In this document: positions 45,179 through 55,464 of the stretch, piece by piece
Layout of the letters: each line of letters starts with the position of its first letter
Numbering within the stretch: position 1 is the stretch's first letter
Assembly (NCBI GenBank): GCA_965219855.1
Contig: CBDCOR010000026.1
Location: 261,940 to 325,939, forward strand
DNA: 64,000 nt
Direction of reading: 5' to 3'
DNA from: Acidobacteriota bacterium
Lineage (GTDB): Bacteria; Acidobacteriota; UBA6911; RPQK01; JAJDTT01
Notes under the pieces: model-generated
The model's input: only the letters and a program-made list of their open reading frames with translations
Told to the model about the DNA's origin: nothing
The model's database searches: none
Made by a program: the position numbers and the translations under genes

Positions 45179-45290
45179 TCGAGAAGTTCCGACGGCTACC
45201 ACTGGGAACGGCCCAATCTGGGTGAGTTCGAGTTCGAGGGCTCGACGAAAAACAATATTCTCCGCAATGGCATCAAAGGCGCGACGAACA
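45179..45290 (+). pseudogene. N-terminal-region fragment of the same protein family, on the opposite strand
   Basis: SSDGYHWERPNLGEFEFEGSTKNNIL. Confidence 0.6.
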
Positions 45291-46875
45291 GCACGACATC
45301 AACCTCGAGCCTGGCACACCGCTGGAGTTTTCCTTTGTACGGTCAATCGCCAAGGATTCCCAGAAGGCTCGGGAAGACGCTGCCTCTATCCTGTCCAACC
45401 CCAAGGCGCGCTTGAACGAAGCGACCGACTACTGGAACAGGTTCCTGCGGGAGATTCCCCAATTCAGCTGTCCGGATGAGCAGTTCGTGAAGGCGCACTA
45501 CTGGATGTGGTCGAACTTCAGGATCAACCAATGGGAGATCGACGACGATGCGCTGCCAAACGGGCAGTGGAGCACCAACTACGGCAGTTATCTACACGAT
45601 CAGGTGATTGGAAACATAGACAACATGGAGGCCGCCGCCGCAGTCATCTATTGGACGCCTCAGACGGTGAAGGACTTCGTCCGAATCATGTGGTCGACGC
45701 AGCGGGCTGACGGGCAGGTGCCGGGCGTCAGGGGCGTCTATTTCGACAGCGGAAAAGGGCGCGTTCAGAAGGATCCATTCATGATGGATGGGGGCCCGAG
45801 CACGCTCCTCCAGATCACGAAAAAGTACGTGGAGTTCGCAGGGGACACGACCTTTCTGCAGCAAAAGATTGAAGGTGTCCCTTTGATCGAGCGGTTGGAA
45901 AAGGGTCTCGAGTGGTACGGCGAGAATCGGTTCAACCAGGCGTTAGGACTCTACTGGACGATTGGAGGAGATTACGCCTGGATGGACCTGGCCGAAAAGT
46001 ACAGGGGGAGCCACTCCAGCTACTGCGATCACAACGCGTTCCTGGTTGGGGCACTGGCGGATCTGGCTTTTCTGGAAGAGGCCCTTGGACGTTCCCAGAA
46101 GGCCCGGGTCTATTCAGAGAAGTCGAAGGCTCTAGCAGAGCAGGTGAATCGTCTGATGTGGAACTCCGAACTGGGGATGTACGTCGACGTGGACTCCGAC
46201 GGACAGCAGATCGTTTCCAAGCATGCTTTCTCCTTCACTACCGGCTTCCTGGCTTCCTTCTTCATGAATGGAGTGCGCGGTCTGGCCGACGACGCCAAGG
46301 CCAGGGCCTTGGTCAAGAACCTCGAATCGAAGGCCTTCAACAGACCCTACGGCCTTCCTTCCCTGGCCTGGGACAGTCCCTACTACGATCCTGACAACCA
46401 CGAGATCGTGGGTTTGGTCTGGCACTATCAGATGGAGGTGGTTCGGGGGCTCTATTGGGCGGGACAGACCGAGATGGCCCACTTCATGTTGAAGAAGCTC
46501 TTCAAGCTGCACTGGTGGAGTGAGGGCCTCGGTCCAAGGTATATGGCGGAGGCATACAGTGCCGAAACCGGTGAGATGTTTGCCGGAGGGAGATACCGTC
46601 CCGCGCCGAGGTCCTTCAACTATCCAGCCAATTTCAATCTGATACTGGGGCTCTACGAAGGCGTCTTCGGTCTGAGGGTAGCCGAGGGCATCGAGGTGAA
46701 CGTCAACAGCCCCTGGCGGGAGGCGTCGGTCTCAAATCTGAGGGTGTTGGGTCACAACGTCTCCGTGAGCTGGAGTAAGGAGAAAGGCACCACGCTCAAA
46801 GTTGATGGTAAGGAGGTAGTGACGAACTCGCCGAAAGGGAGAATCCACCATCGCCTGGAGCCGCTCCAAGAGTGA
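45290..46875 (+). pseudogene. Six-hairpin glycoside hydrolase-like protein (MGH1/amylo-alpha-1,6-glucosidase-like), 5'-truncated
   Basis: Frame open upstream of 45412 with no clear start; QRADGQVPG, WMD, MWNSELGMYVD, EAYSAETG. Confidence 0.65.
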
Positions 46876-46913
46876 TGTGAACCAACCGGACCGGATCTGT
46901 TTCTCTCCTCTGA

Positions 46914-47834
46914 TCAAGATTGGAGCGGGTTGGCAGCTCCGGAGGTTTCCCTGCAGAAGTGCTCAACGCAGGAACGCTCCCTCCCCTTGGGCACGAAGCC
47001 ACGATGTCGGTAGCTTGCAGTTAGACCCAGCCTCTCCAGTTTGTCCTGCCAGAGTGGGTTGTAGCGCATCAGGGAGCAACTCGCGACCTGGTGTCGGCTG
47101 AGAAATCCTGCCAGACCAGACAGGTTCTCCGCCGTATCGGTGAGCCCCGGAATCAACGGAATACGCGGGATCACCGGAATACGTGCGACCTCGACCAGAC
47201 GCAGGAAATTCTCCAGGATCAGGCGGTTCGATTGACCGGTGTGCTTGCGGCTCTCTGCCTCATCGAAGAGCTTGAGATCGAAGTAGACCAGGTCCAGATA
47301 GGGCAGAGCCATCTGATTGAATCGATCAAAGTTGAAGAAACCGCAGGTTTCAATGGCGGTGTGAACCCCATGCTGCTTAAGGCCTGCCAGAAAGTGGGAA
47401 ATGAAGCTCATCTGCTGTGTGGGTTCACCGCCAGATAGGGTGACCCCGCCGCCGGTGGCGAGAAAGAAGGGCTTGTCGATGAGGGTCTTGTAGAGAAGTG
47501 TCTCGAGGGAAACCCGATAACCGACTGGCTCCAGGGCGCTGCTCCGGCAAACCGAGAAGCAGAGATCGCAGCGGGTACAAACGGATCGGTCGACTGTCAG
47601 AGATTCTGCCAGTCTGAGTGCGCCGGCAGGACACGTCTCCACACATGGAGCGCCACAGCTGGAAGGCGTACAGAGGTCGCTCCGGAAAGAAATCGAGGGC
47701 TGGCGGGCCATTCCCTCGGGGTTCTGACACCAGACACAGGAGAGAGGGCAGCCCTTGAAAAAAACCGTGGTGCGGACACCGGGACCGTCTTCGCTACAGT
47801 TGCGCTTGATATCAAAGATGAGTGCCTCTTCCAC
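46914..47834 (-). CDS. Glycyl-radical enzyme activating enzyme with ferredoxin insert
   Basis: DGPGVRTTVFFKGCPLSCVWCQNPE, two Cys clusters, GGVTLSGGEP, AIETCG. Confidence 0.93.
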   Translation of the reverse strand: MEEALIFDIKRNCSEDGPGVRTTVFFKGCPLSCVWCQNPEGMARQPSISFRSDLCTPSSCGAPCVETCPAGALRLAESLTVDRSVCTRCDLCFSVCRSSALEPVGYRVSLETLLYKTLIDKPFFLATGGGVTLSGGEPTQQMSFISHFLAGLKQHGVHTAIETCGFFNFDRFNQMALPYLDLVYFDLKLFDEAESRKHTGQSNRLILENFLRLVEVARIPVIPRIPLIPGLTDTAENLSGLAGFLSRHQVASCSLMRYNPLWQDKLERLGLTASYRHRGFVPKGRERSCVEHFCRETSGAANPLQS

Positions 47835-47878
47835 AGTTTCCCTTCAGCGTGAGTTCAGGAATGCTTGCCTTTCGCCTC

Positions 47879-48535
47879 TCAACCTACACCGAGAGCGAGC
47901 TGGATATTCCTCGCAATGGCTCCGAACTTGAACAGGTGGCCGATGTTCCCGCTGACCTGGGCGACGTTGGCGAGGAGGAGCTCTCCCGAGTCGACTCTGG
48001 GGCGACCGACCAGGCCCACGATGGTCTCGACATCCCTGAAGCTGATCACCAGGTCCACCCTCTCCGGATCCTTCTTTAGCTGCTCAGCCTCCTCCTCCTT
48101 CAACACGTCGGTGGAGACGACGGCAGCCGTGTTCAGAGCCGTGCCGCACAGCGCTTTCCTGAGCCATTCAATCAGCCCCTTCTGGAAGAGCGTCTCCGGA
48201 TCAGGGCAGAACCTCAAGTAGACGTTCATGTCGTCCTCGGGCCGGTCGGTCCTCATCAGGATCTTGCCCTGGTAGTACCGGATCCCATTGGGTGCATCCG
48301 GGTCCCTGATCTCGAAGTTGTCATGGAAGAACCCGTCTGCCTTCCTGCCCTTCTTTCTACCTATGAAGCTACGATACATGGCAAGCCGCAGCCCTGCCTC
48401 CAGCGCCAAGGCCATACCGTGGGCGGCAAGAGTCCCGCCGACCCGATCCAGAAGCCCTTCGACCTTTGCTTCCTTTGCCCCCAGCCTGAAGAGGTCGTTC
48501 ATCTCCTGCGTAAGGCACGGAAATCCAGCATGCAT
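47879..48535 (-). CDS. Hypothetical protein, C-terminus SCP2 sterol-carrier-like
   Basis: GGAGGAGG RBS; VDLVISFRD...LLLAN..QVSGNIGHLFKFG resembles SCP2 folds (by eye). Confidence 0.6.
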   Translation of the reverse strand: MHAGFPCLTQEMNDLFRLGAKEAKVEGLLDRVGGTLAAHGMALALEAGLRLAMYRSFIGRKKGRKADGFFHDNFEIRDPDAPNGIRYYQGKILMRTDRPEDDMNVYLRFCPDPETLFQKGLIEWLRKALCGTALNTAAVVSTDVLKEEEAEQLKKDPERVDLVISFRDVETIVGLVGRPRVDSGELLLANVAQVSGNIGHLFKFGAIARNIQLALGVG

Positions 48536-48559
48536 GGCGAACCTCCTCCAGTTTAGTTA

Positions 48560-50238
48560 GTGCCCGTCCGGAAATGTGTAAGTAATTGATAAGGAAGGGG
48601 AAAGAGGGCTTTTTCAAGCTCCGAAACTGTCAGGGCCGTTTGCTAGACTATTTGGTACAAACAATTAGACTAAAACGACTTACGACGATTTCAGGAGTTC
48701 GAAGATGCGTAAAAAGCGTGAAAAACAACGCCCCCTTTCCCCGCAATGGCCCGATCACCAGCTGGCCCATGAATTGAAGGTGATCTCGCGCATCCTGGAC
48801 GACAATCCCCAGACGCTGGAGCTGATAGTACAAGATCTCTCTGACAGGGTCGATTCCGGTGTTGGCGCCCCCGGTTTGACGGCCGAGCAGGTGCTGCGTT
48901 GCGCCGTCATCAAACAGCTGCATCAGTTCAGCTATCGCAAGCTGGAGTTTCATCTGGTGGATTCGCAAAGCTGTCAGAGGTTCTGTCGCTTGCCCTATGG
49001 GGCGTCGATCAGCAAAGCCACCCTGGCGGAGAACCTGGGGAAGATTGAGCCGGGGACTTGGAAGGCGATCAACGACCACTTGGTGCTCTGGGCGCAGGCT
49101 CGGGGTCTGGAAAAAGGCCAACGGATTCGGGTCGATGCCACGGCGGTCGAGACGAACATCCACTATCCGCTCGACAGTGAGCTGTTGTACGACGGCATTC
49201 GAGTCGTGACCCAGTCGCTGGGGCGGCTGCGGGAGCGGGAAGGGATCGGCTTCGTCGATCATACGCGGCGGGCCAAGCGGCGCGTCCTGAACATCCGCAA
49301 CCGCCGCGGCAAGAAGCGCCTGGACAGTTACCGCGATCTGATCAAAGTGGCGTCCAAGACGGCTCACTATGCCGAGCAGGCGCTGGCAGCTTCCGCGCAG
49401 TGGAGCGATCCCCTCAGTCTGGCCGTGGCGGCGCAACTGGCCCACTATCTGGGGCTGTTGCACAAAGTCATCGAGCAGACTCAACGACGGGTCCTTTCGG
49501 GCGAGGCCGTCGCGGCCCAGGAGAAGATCTGTTCCCTCTTCGAAGAGCACACCGATATTATCAAGAAGAGCCCTCGGGAAACGGTCTTCGGCCACAAGGT
49601 GTTTGTCAGCACGGGCGCCTCGTCGCTGATCCTGGATTGTGTGGTGGAACGGGGGAATCCGGCCGACAGCAACTATGTGCAACCCTTCTTAGAGCGGCAT
49701 CGACAGCTGTACGGGAAGGTCCCCCGCCAGAGCGCCTGGGATGGTGGTTTTGCCTCGGCTGCCAACCTGCGCTGGGCCAAAGAGCAGGGGGTACAGGATG
49801 TGGCCTTTTCCAAAAAGTGTGGGTTGACGGTTGAGAGCATGGTGCGTTCCAGTTGGGTCTACAAACAACTCAAACGCTTCCGCGCCGGGATTGAGGGGTG
49901 CATTGGGACCCTCAAGCACACCTTCGGTCTCCACCGCTGTAGCTGGAAAGGCTGGCCTCACTTTCAAAGCTACGTCCATGCCAGCGTCCTGACCTATAAC
50001 CTGGTCGTCCTGGCCCGACTCCTGTTGTAGCCTTTTGTGGCTGACCGTACTGCCTTGTGGCTCCGACTCGGGGAGAGGTCTGCGCCGAACCGCTGCTTTT
50101 TGGCCCGCGTGCCCTCGCTCGAGGGTCCTTGCTCTGGATCGAGCTGGGTCGAGCCGGTCTGTCAGCAGTCTCAAGTATAATAAGTGTTTACGATTCAACA
50201 GATTACAGTTCTGAAAACCCCGGTTTTCGGACGGGCAC
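48560..50238 (+). mobile_element. ISNCY-family IS, copy 2, 1679 bp, 6-bp TSD TAGTTA
   Basis: Same TIRs as copy 1; TAGTTA at 48554-48559 and 50239-50244. Confidence 0.92.
48705..50030 (+). CDS. DDE transposase (ISNCY), one W>S difference from copy 1
   Basis: VVTQSLG versus VVTQWLG. Confidence 0.93.
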   Translation: MRKKREKQRPLSPQWPDHQLAHELKVISRILDDNPQTLELIVQDLSDRVDSGVGAPGLTAEQVLRCAVIKQLHQFSYRKLEFHLVDSQSCQRFCRLPYGASISKATLAENLGKIEPGTWKAINDHLVLWAQARGLEKGQRIRVDATAVETNIHYPLDSELLYDGIRVVTQSLGRLREREGIGFVDHTRRAKRRVLNIRNRRGKKRLDSYRDLIKVASKTAHYAEQALAASAQWSDPLSLAVAAQLAHYLGLLHKVIEQTQRRVLSGEAVAAQEKICSLFEEHTDIIKKSPRETVFGHKVFVSTGASSLILDCVVERGNPADSNYVQPFLERHRQLYGKVPRQSAWDGGFASAANLRWAKEQGVQDVAFSKKCGLTVESMVRSSWVYKQLKRFRAGIEGCIGTLKHTFGLHRCSWKGWPHFQSYVHASVLTYNLVVLARLLL

Positions 50239-51971
50239 TAGTTAGTTACAGACACCCGATCGGAATGCTGCTCCCGGCCATGAGCCAGGTCAAAGTTGGA
50301 GCGACGGATGATCTCCCGCCTCATCTCCGGGCTCAGGGTGACATAGTAGGCCGAGTAGCCTGCTACCCGGATCATGAGGTCCTTGTAGGGCGCTAATGCA
50401 GCTTCCGCTGTGTCGAGTTCTGCTTGGCTGGCTCCTTGACTGCGGGACTCTTCGAGTTCGCTGGCAGCCCGATGGGCTTTTTCGAAGTCCTCAATCGAGG
50501 AGACGCAGAGCTGAACCAGGACGCCGTCATGGTCCATAAAGGTTTTCATGTATTTGGCAAAGAGGTCGTTGTCCTGCTTGAAGTGGCCACGATCTCGGGT
50601 CGTCAAACTCAGGTTGTAGGTGTAGCCGTTCTGTACGGTGTTGGCGTCGACCTCAGCCACCGAGAGGATGTGGTCGAGAATGAGTACCGGATCTCCATTG
50701 GCCTTGACCACACCGGGGCAGGGCGTGATGCCGCTGGCGAAGGCCTCCCCGGTGCGGCGGCCATTGGGAGTAGCGCGGGTGAGCGTGCCGAAACCGGCGT
50801 GGTTGGTCATGCTCCAGTAGCCCGGCAGGTAGCGCCCACCGCGGTGGGTGCGGTACTTGAAGAAGACATCCTGGATCATCTCGGTCAGCAGATGGGTGTA
50901 CTTGACCGCAGTTGCGTTGTTGTACTCCCCACCCGGGGTTTGATCCACTCCGGCGCCGTACTTGGGTGCCAGTCGGATCAGATCGACGATCTCACGGAGT
51001 CGATCTTCAGAGAGCCTGGGATGCGCATCGGGATCCTCCTTCCTGAGCTTGTCCAGAAAAGATGTCAGGAAGTTGCCGGCGCCATTGCCGGAAGAGGATT
51101 CGTCGGTGCCGAAATTGGCATCCATCGCGGCGAGCAACTCTTCAGCGGACATCTTGCCGCCGAAAACCAGGGCGTCCATAACGCAGAATGAATCGATGAC
51201 GTCAGCCAGACCGATAACCGCAATGCCAGCCGAGTTGTACTTGGCGCCACCCCAGGATAAATCTCTGAAGCTGGCCCCACTGCTGTCAGGCAGATTGGTG
51301 GGGCCCACGAATAGACCCGAAAGCAGCGGCGATGGACGCACCTCGCGCAGGAAACGTCCGAGATAGTTGTTGCACTGCACAGTGTGTCGGGCCATCTCAT
51401 CCAGTTGTTTGCGAAATGCCTGGGTGAACTCCTCCATCGACTTCATCTGGGTCAGGGGCGGCGAGGTGTAGTCTTTGCTGTCGTAGAAGAGGTTGGGCGA
51501 TTCGCTTTCGATTCCCGTGCTCCGATGCTTGCCGCCGAAGAGTGCCAGCTCGAGGACGGCGGGTAGCACCATCAGAATCGACCCGGTGTGACCGTAGTGC
51601 TTGGCGGCGGAGTTCTCTTCGATGCAGCCAATCGAGGCGTAGTCGTGGGCGTCGGTCAGGGCATCTTCCGGGTCGATACCGTCGAAGGCCCGGTAGTAGT
51701 TCGCCATCGAAGGGATCACCGCCGCATCGCCGTGAATAGCAGGCGTCGCCCGGGTTACGATGTTGACCTGGCACACCCTCTGGAGGTAGGGGTCCATCAC
51801 GTCAACCGGAAGCGGGTCTCCAGCGGCATCACGGTGATGCACTTCCTTGTGATAGCGGACGTGAACGTTGGGGTCGCGGATCGCCAGGATCTCTGTGGCC
51901 TTGAGAATGATATAGGTCATATCATTCACGGCGTCCACGGTTTTCCCGTTTTCATAGCGCGTGCCACCAAC
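50238..51971 (-). pseudogene. Glycyl radical enzyme (PFL superfamily), C-terminal half
   Basis: VGGTRYENGKTVDAVNDMTY, Cys loop SIGCIEE, ATPNGR, glycyl loop IRVAGYSAYY. Confidence 0.92.
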
Positions 51972-53183
51972 CTGAGGAAACGGGTGTGTTCCCGATTCCG
52001 AACAACAACTTCCAAAACGTTCGTTCCCTCAATGACCTGGCTTTGAGCAGCGTCACTCTGGATCAGTTTCCGGATGTCGCAAAATGGCGTAAACGTCTTT
52101 TCGATCCGCAATGGATTCCGGAAATCTGCGACGAGCTTCCACGTCTCTATACCGAGTTCGTACGTCGACCTGAAGCTCAGCTCTTGTCCCCCATCATGCG
52201 CAGGTCCAAGGCCCTTCAACATGTCTTCTCCAATAAGACCCCCATCGTCAAAAAGACCGACCTGCTCCCGGGCCAGACCACCACCAGCTTCGTGGGTCCG
52301 ATCGTGTATCCCGACGCTTCCGTGGCCGCCACCATCTGGCCCGAACTAAAGACCATCTCAAAACGACCCTTCAATCCCTTCAAGATCCGGCCCGAGGTGG
52401 CCGACAGACTGAACAAGGAGATTTTCCCTTATTGGCTAGAGCGCAGGATTGTCCACGAGGTTGCTCGCTACAGCGATTACGACACTAGCGACTACGAGAA
52501 TGAGCTCCCCGATCCGGTCAACGGAGGGCTCTACAACGGCCATGCTTCGATCGATCCTCCCCTCAAGAAGCGGCTGGGAGAAACGCCAAAGTGCCAGCAA
52601 CTAGTGGAACGGGTCTTCTTCTATCTAGTGGACAAGTATGGTGCAGTATCTCATACGGTTGCCGACTTCGACCGATTGCTCCAGTTTGGCCTGTGTCGGC
52701 TCATCGGCCAGATCAAGCAGGACATTCAGAACGAGGGAGACACGACCGAAAAGCAGGTGGAGTTCCTAGAGGGTGTAATCGCGGTCTTCGAGGGAGCACT
52801 CAGCTACGCAGAGCACCTGGCTGAGGAGGCCGAGCGGCAAGGGAACACTGAGCTGGCGAGAATCTGCCGAAAAGTTCCAGCTCAGCCTGCCGAGACCCTC
52901 CACGAGGCCTTGGTCGCCGTTTGGATCGCCTACCATCTACTCCTCCAGGAGAACTCCAACTTCGGCTTTTCCGTTGCCAGACTGGATCAGGTTCTCAACC
53001 CCTACTACCTGGCGGATTGGGAAAAGCTCTCAGATGCAGCCGAGGAGGAAAAGGAGGCCTATACCCGTCGAGCGGTCGAGCTGGTCTGTCATTTCTTTCT
53101 GCACTGCTTCGGACCACGTCCCTTTGACTCCCGAGACTTCGGAGGTCCTCTTCGCCGGGAGCGGCTCCAACCAGGCTCTCACG
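51972..53183 (+). pseudogene. Glycyl radical enzyme N-terminal half, inverted relative to the rest; +1 frameshift near 53108
   Basis: SHTVADF, ICRKVPAQPAETLHEAL, SVARLDQVLNPYY, ending SNQALT, which completes QALT-VGG. Confidence 0.9.
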
Positions 53184-53788
53184 TGTAGAAGTGGCCTTCG
53201 ACATCCTCTGGGGTCAGTCCAAAGCTGAAACAGTTGCCTGAGTTTCACGAGAGGCTCGGCGTCATTGTCCAGGTTTCCCTTCAGGGCATCGAGGTAGCTC
53301 TTCATCAACTCCAGCACGGAGGCCCTTTGGGAGAGTTCGCCGCGTAATTGGGACGCCACTTCGCCTCTGTCGTCTCCATCGACGCGCCAGGTCTAGGTCG
53401 CCAGAGCCCTGGCCTCTGCGGGGTCGACCTCGCGCATCCACTCAGCGGTTAAAGGCCTGGCGAGTCCCGCCTCGGCGAGCGCAGCGTGGGTGACGTGAAC
53501 ATCTAGTTCAAGGTCGCCCTTCACGTCGGCCAGGATCTCATCTCTGGTTGTGGTCAGGGTCCTGCCCCCAGAATCCTCGACCACAACATAGACGTCCGGC
53601 CGATCTGCAAACAGGTCACGGCTGGCTTGGTCGCCAAATTCGACTCGGAAGGCTCCACTCGCATCGCTGCGGCATTCACCCAGCGGATCGTCGTGGAACA
53701 AGTCCCTGTCCATGACCCGGACAACGACGTCAGGAACAGCCTGTGAGGTGTCGACGTCCAGAACCTTTCCGCTAATTCTCAAAGCCAT
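53184..53788 (-). pseudogene. Protein with N-terminal carboxypeptidase-regulatory/transthyretin-like domain; TAG at 53393, frameshift near 53222, cut at the inversion
   Basis: GGAGG RBS; DRDLFHDDPLG..SDASGAF, PDVY; continues LRQLFQLGLTPEDVEGHFY. Confidence 0.7.
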
Positions 53789-53871
53789 GATCTACCTCCT
53801 ATGTGTGCGATCACACCACACTCACACCCGACCTGAGGCAGGCGGAAACCCACCTCCAGATAAACCCCTTA

Positions 53872-54050
53872 GGGTCTGTCAGGGAATAACCGATGCACTT
53901 TGCTGGGGTCCCCAGGTTCGCTGGCTAGGCACGAGCGACGCGCATACCCGCTGCGGTATTTAAGAAGCGAGCAACAACGCCAGCGTGCCTGCGGACCCCA
54001 GCCCTCAGGGGCGCATCGCCAAAGCGCATCGGTTATTTCCTGACAGACCC
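53872..54050. mobile_element. 179-bp MITE with ~31-bp TIRs and TTA target duplication
   Basis: GGGTCTGTCAGGGAATAACCGATGCACTTTG / CAAAGCGCATCGGTTATTTCCTGACAGACCC, TTA on both sides. Confidence 0.9.
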
Positions 54051-54212
54051 TTAGTGCAAGTCCCGGACCAGAAGCCGTACTTCACTTGCCTGGCCAACCT
54101 ACTGAAACTCCTCGTTGCATCAATCCTGCATCTCGCTTCTTGCTGGGAGACCAACGCGAAAGCACGGCAGTGGCACGTTTCTTGCTTAGATTGGGTGTTA
54201 ATTACTTACCGG

Positions 54213-54252
54213 ATGGTTGTGCTCCCAAAGCTATGGTTGTGCTCCCAAAGCT
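54213..54252 (+). repeat. Perfect 20-bp tandem duplication ATGGTTGTGCTCCCAAAGCT
   Basis: Read directly. Confidence 0.95.
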
Positions 54253-54287
54253 GGAGCGGGGACCATCTTTGAAAAGGAGAGCCTGCC

Positions 54288-55046
54288 ATGAGCCTTTCAA
54301 ACCCCAACGTCGGCGGTATTCCTATCCGCCTTGGAGATGTCCCACCGATGTTCTTGCGTCTGCAGGAGCTGTTCAATCGAGGGATTGGCATTCCCACGCT
54401 CGAAGGGCGTTTTCGCGGTGCCTTGGTTTCCTGGCACTCGGATGGGTTGACTCGCTTTCTCGACCTCAACACGCTCAACCTTGCCTGGATGCGCATGGGC
54501 GCCAGCTTCAGCACCTGGACCGGCAAGACCTTTGAGAAGGTCTCCCCGGCCAGACTCAGGGAGCTCACGGACGGCTGGGAGACCGGGGAGCAGCCGACGG
54601 TCTGGGGTACCAACACCCAGGCTTTGCGCACGCCCCGCGAGCGTCTTGCTGGCAAGATGATGAAGCTTGCTGGAGTGTGGAGCGAAACGGTTCCCGCAGA
54701 AGAGGCACGGCAGTTCGGTTATGACCTGAAGAACTTCTTTTTCATTGCATGCCAGGCTGAATCGGTGAATTCACACAACGCAGGCAAGACCTTGCTGCAA
54801 TTCAACTACCGATGGCCCAAGCTGAGGACGATCATTCCCGATCGTTACTGCGTCGACGAATTGGTGCAGATCGCCGATGGGCTCTACCTAGGGCAACTGA
54901 TGTATGCAACCAACCTGCTCAAGCCCTACGACCCTCAGGTGAACCCAGCAGAGTACCAATATGGCCACTTCGGATACTTCCTCCTGATGGACGACGAGTG
55001 GCACCGGATCCGTGTGGACCTCGGCTTCGACCTGGCCAACGTCTGA
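54288..55046 (+). CDS. Hypothetical protein with WxGKxF and DE...GLYLG motifs (possibly a gene fragment)
   Basis: LQELFNRG..LEGRFRG, WTGKTF, VDELVQIADGLYLG. Confidence 0.65.
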   Translation: MSLSNPNVGGIPIRLGDVPPMFLRLQELFNRGIGIPTLEGRFRGALVSWHSDGLTRFLDLNTLNLAWMRMGASFSTWTGKTFEKVSPARLRELTDGWETGEQPTVWGTNTQALRTPRERLAGKMMKLAGVWSETVPAEEARQFGYDLKNFFFIACQAESVNSHNAGKTLLQFNYRWPKLRTIIPDRYCVDELVQIADGLYLGQLMYATNLLKPYDPQVNPAEYQYGHFGYFLLMDDEWHRIRVDLGFDLANV

Positions 55047-55153
55047 CCTGAAACTTCATTGGCGAATGTAGCTTTGGCCTCCAGGCCGAAGTCTTATTTT
55101 TCCGAGCCTTTGGCTCGGACGGCGGCCTGGAGCCCACCGCTACGTCCCTCGAC
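55043..55153 (-). repeat. Modular repeat G: half unit plus S1
   Basis: CTGACCTGAAACTT followed by S1 essentially identical to 20655-20742. Confidence 0.9.
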
Positions 55154-55464
55154 CAGCCAGGGCGGATGATTGCGGCGTCGCAGTAGACCAGCGATGAGAA
55201 ATGCGGGTTAGGTCATTTCCCCCAACAAGTGGGTGCTTTCACGCAGGCCTTGAAGATCCGTCTAGGACCCGAGAGCTGCCAATCTTCAGTTTGATTGCTC
55301 CTGAAAGTTGGATCTGCGACCGGGACGCCCTGGGAAAAGTGGCACGAACGTTGCTTATGGTCGACACGGTTGTGGTCCAGATCGCAGAAGCATTCCCACT
55401 ATCGATGGCCTTGCAGCAGGCTGGAAAGTGCCAGAAGCAGCTCGGCCAGTAAAACATCGGGAGG

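Noticed and set aside
18713-50238. Composite transposon bounded by the two ISNCY copies
   Set aside because: Each copy has its own matching TSD (TAGCTA versus TAGTTA), indicating independent insertions
50238-53183. Pyruvate formate-lyase (pflB)
   Set aside because: Single-Cys GCIE loop rather than the CC pair, plus a ferredoxin-insert activase
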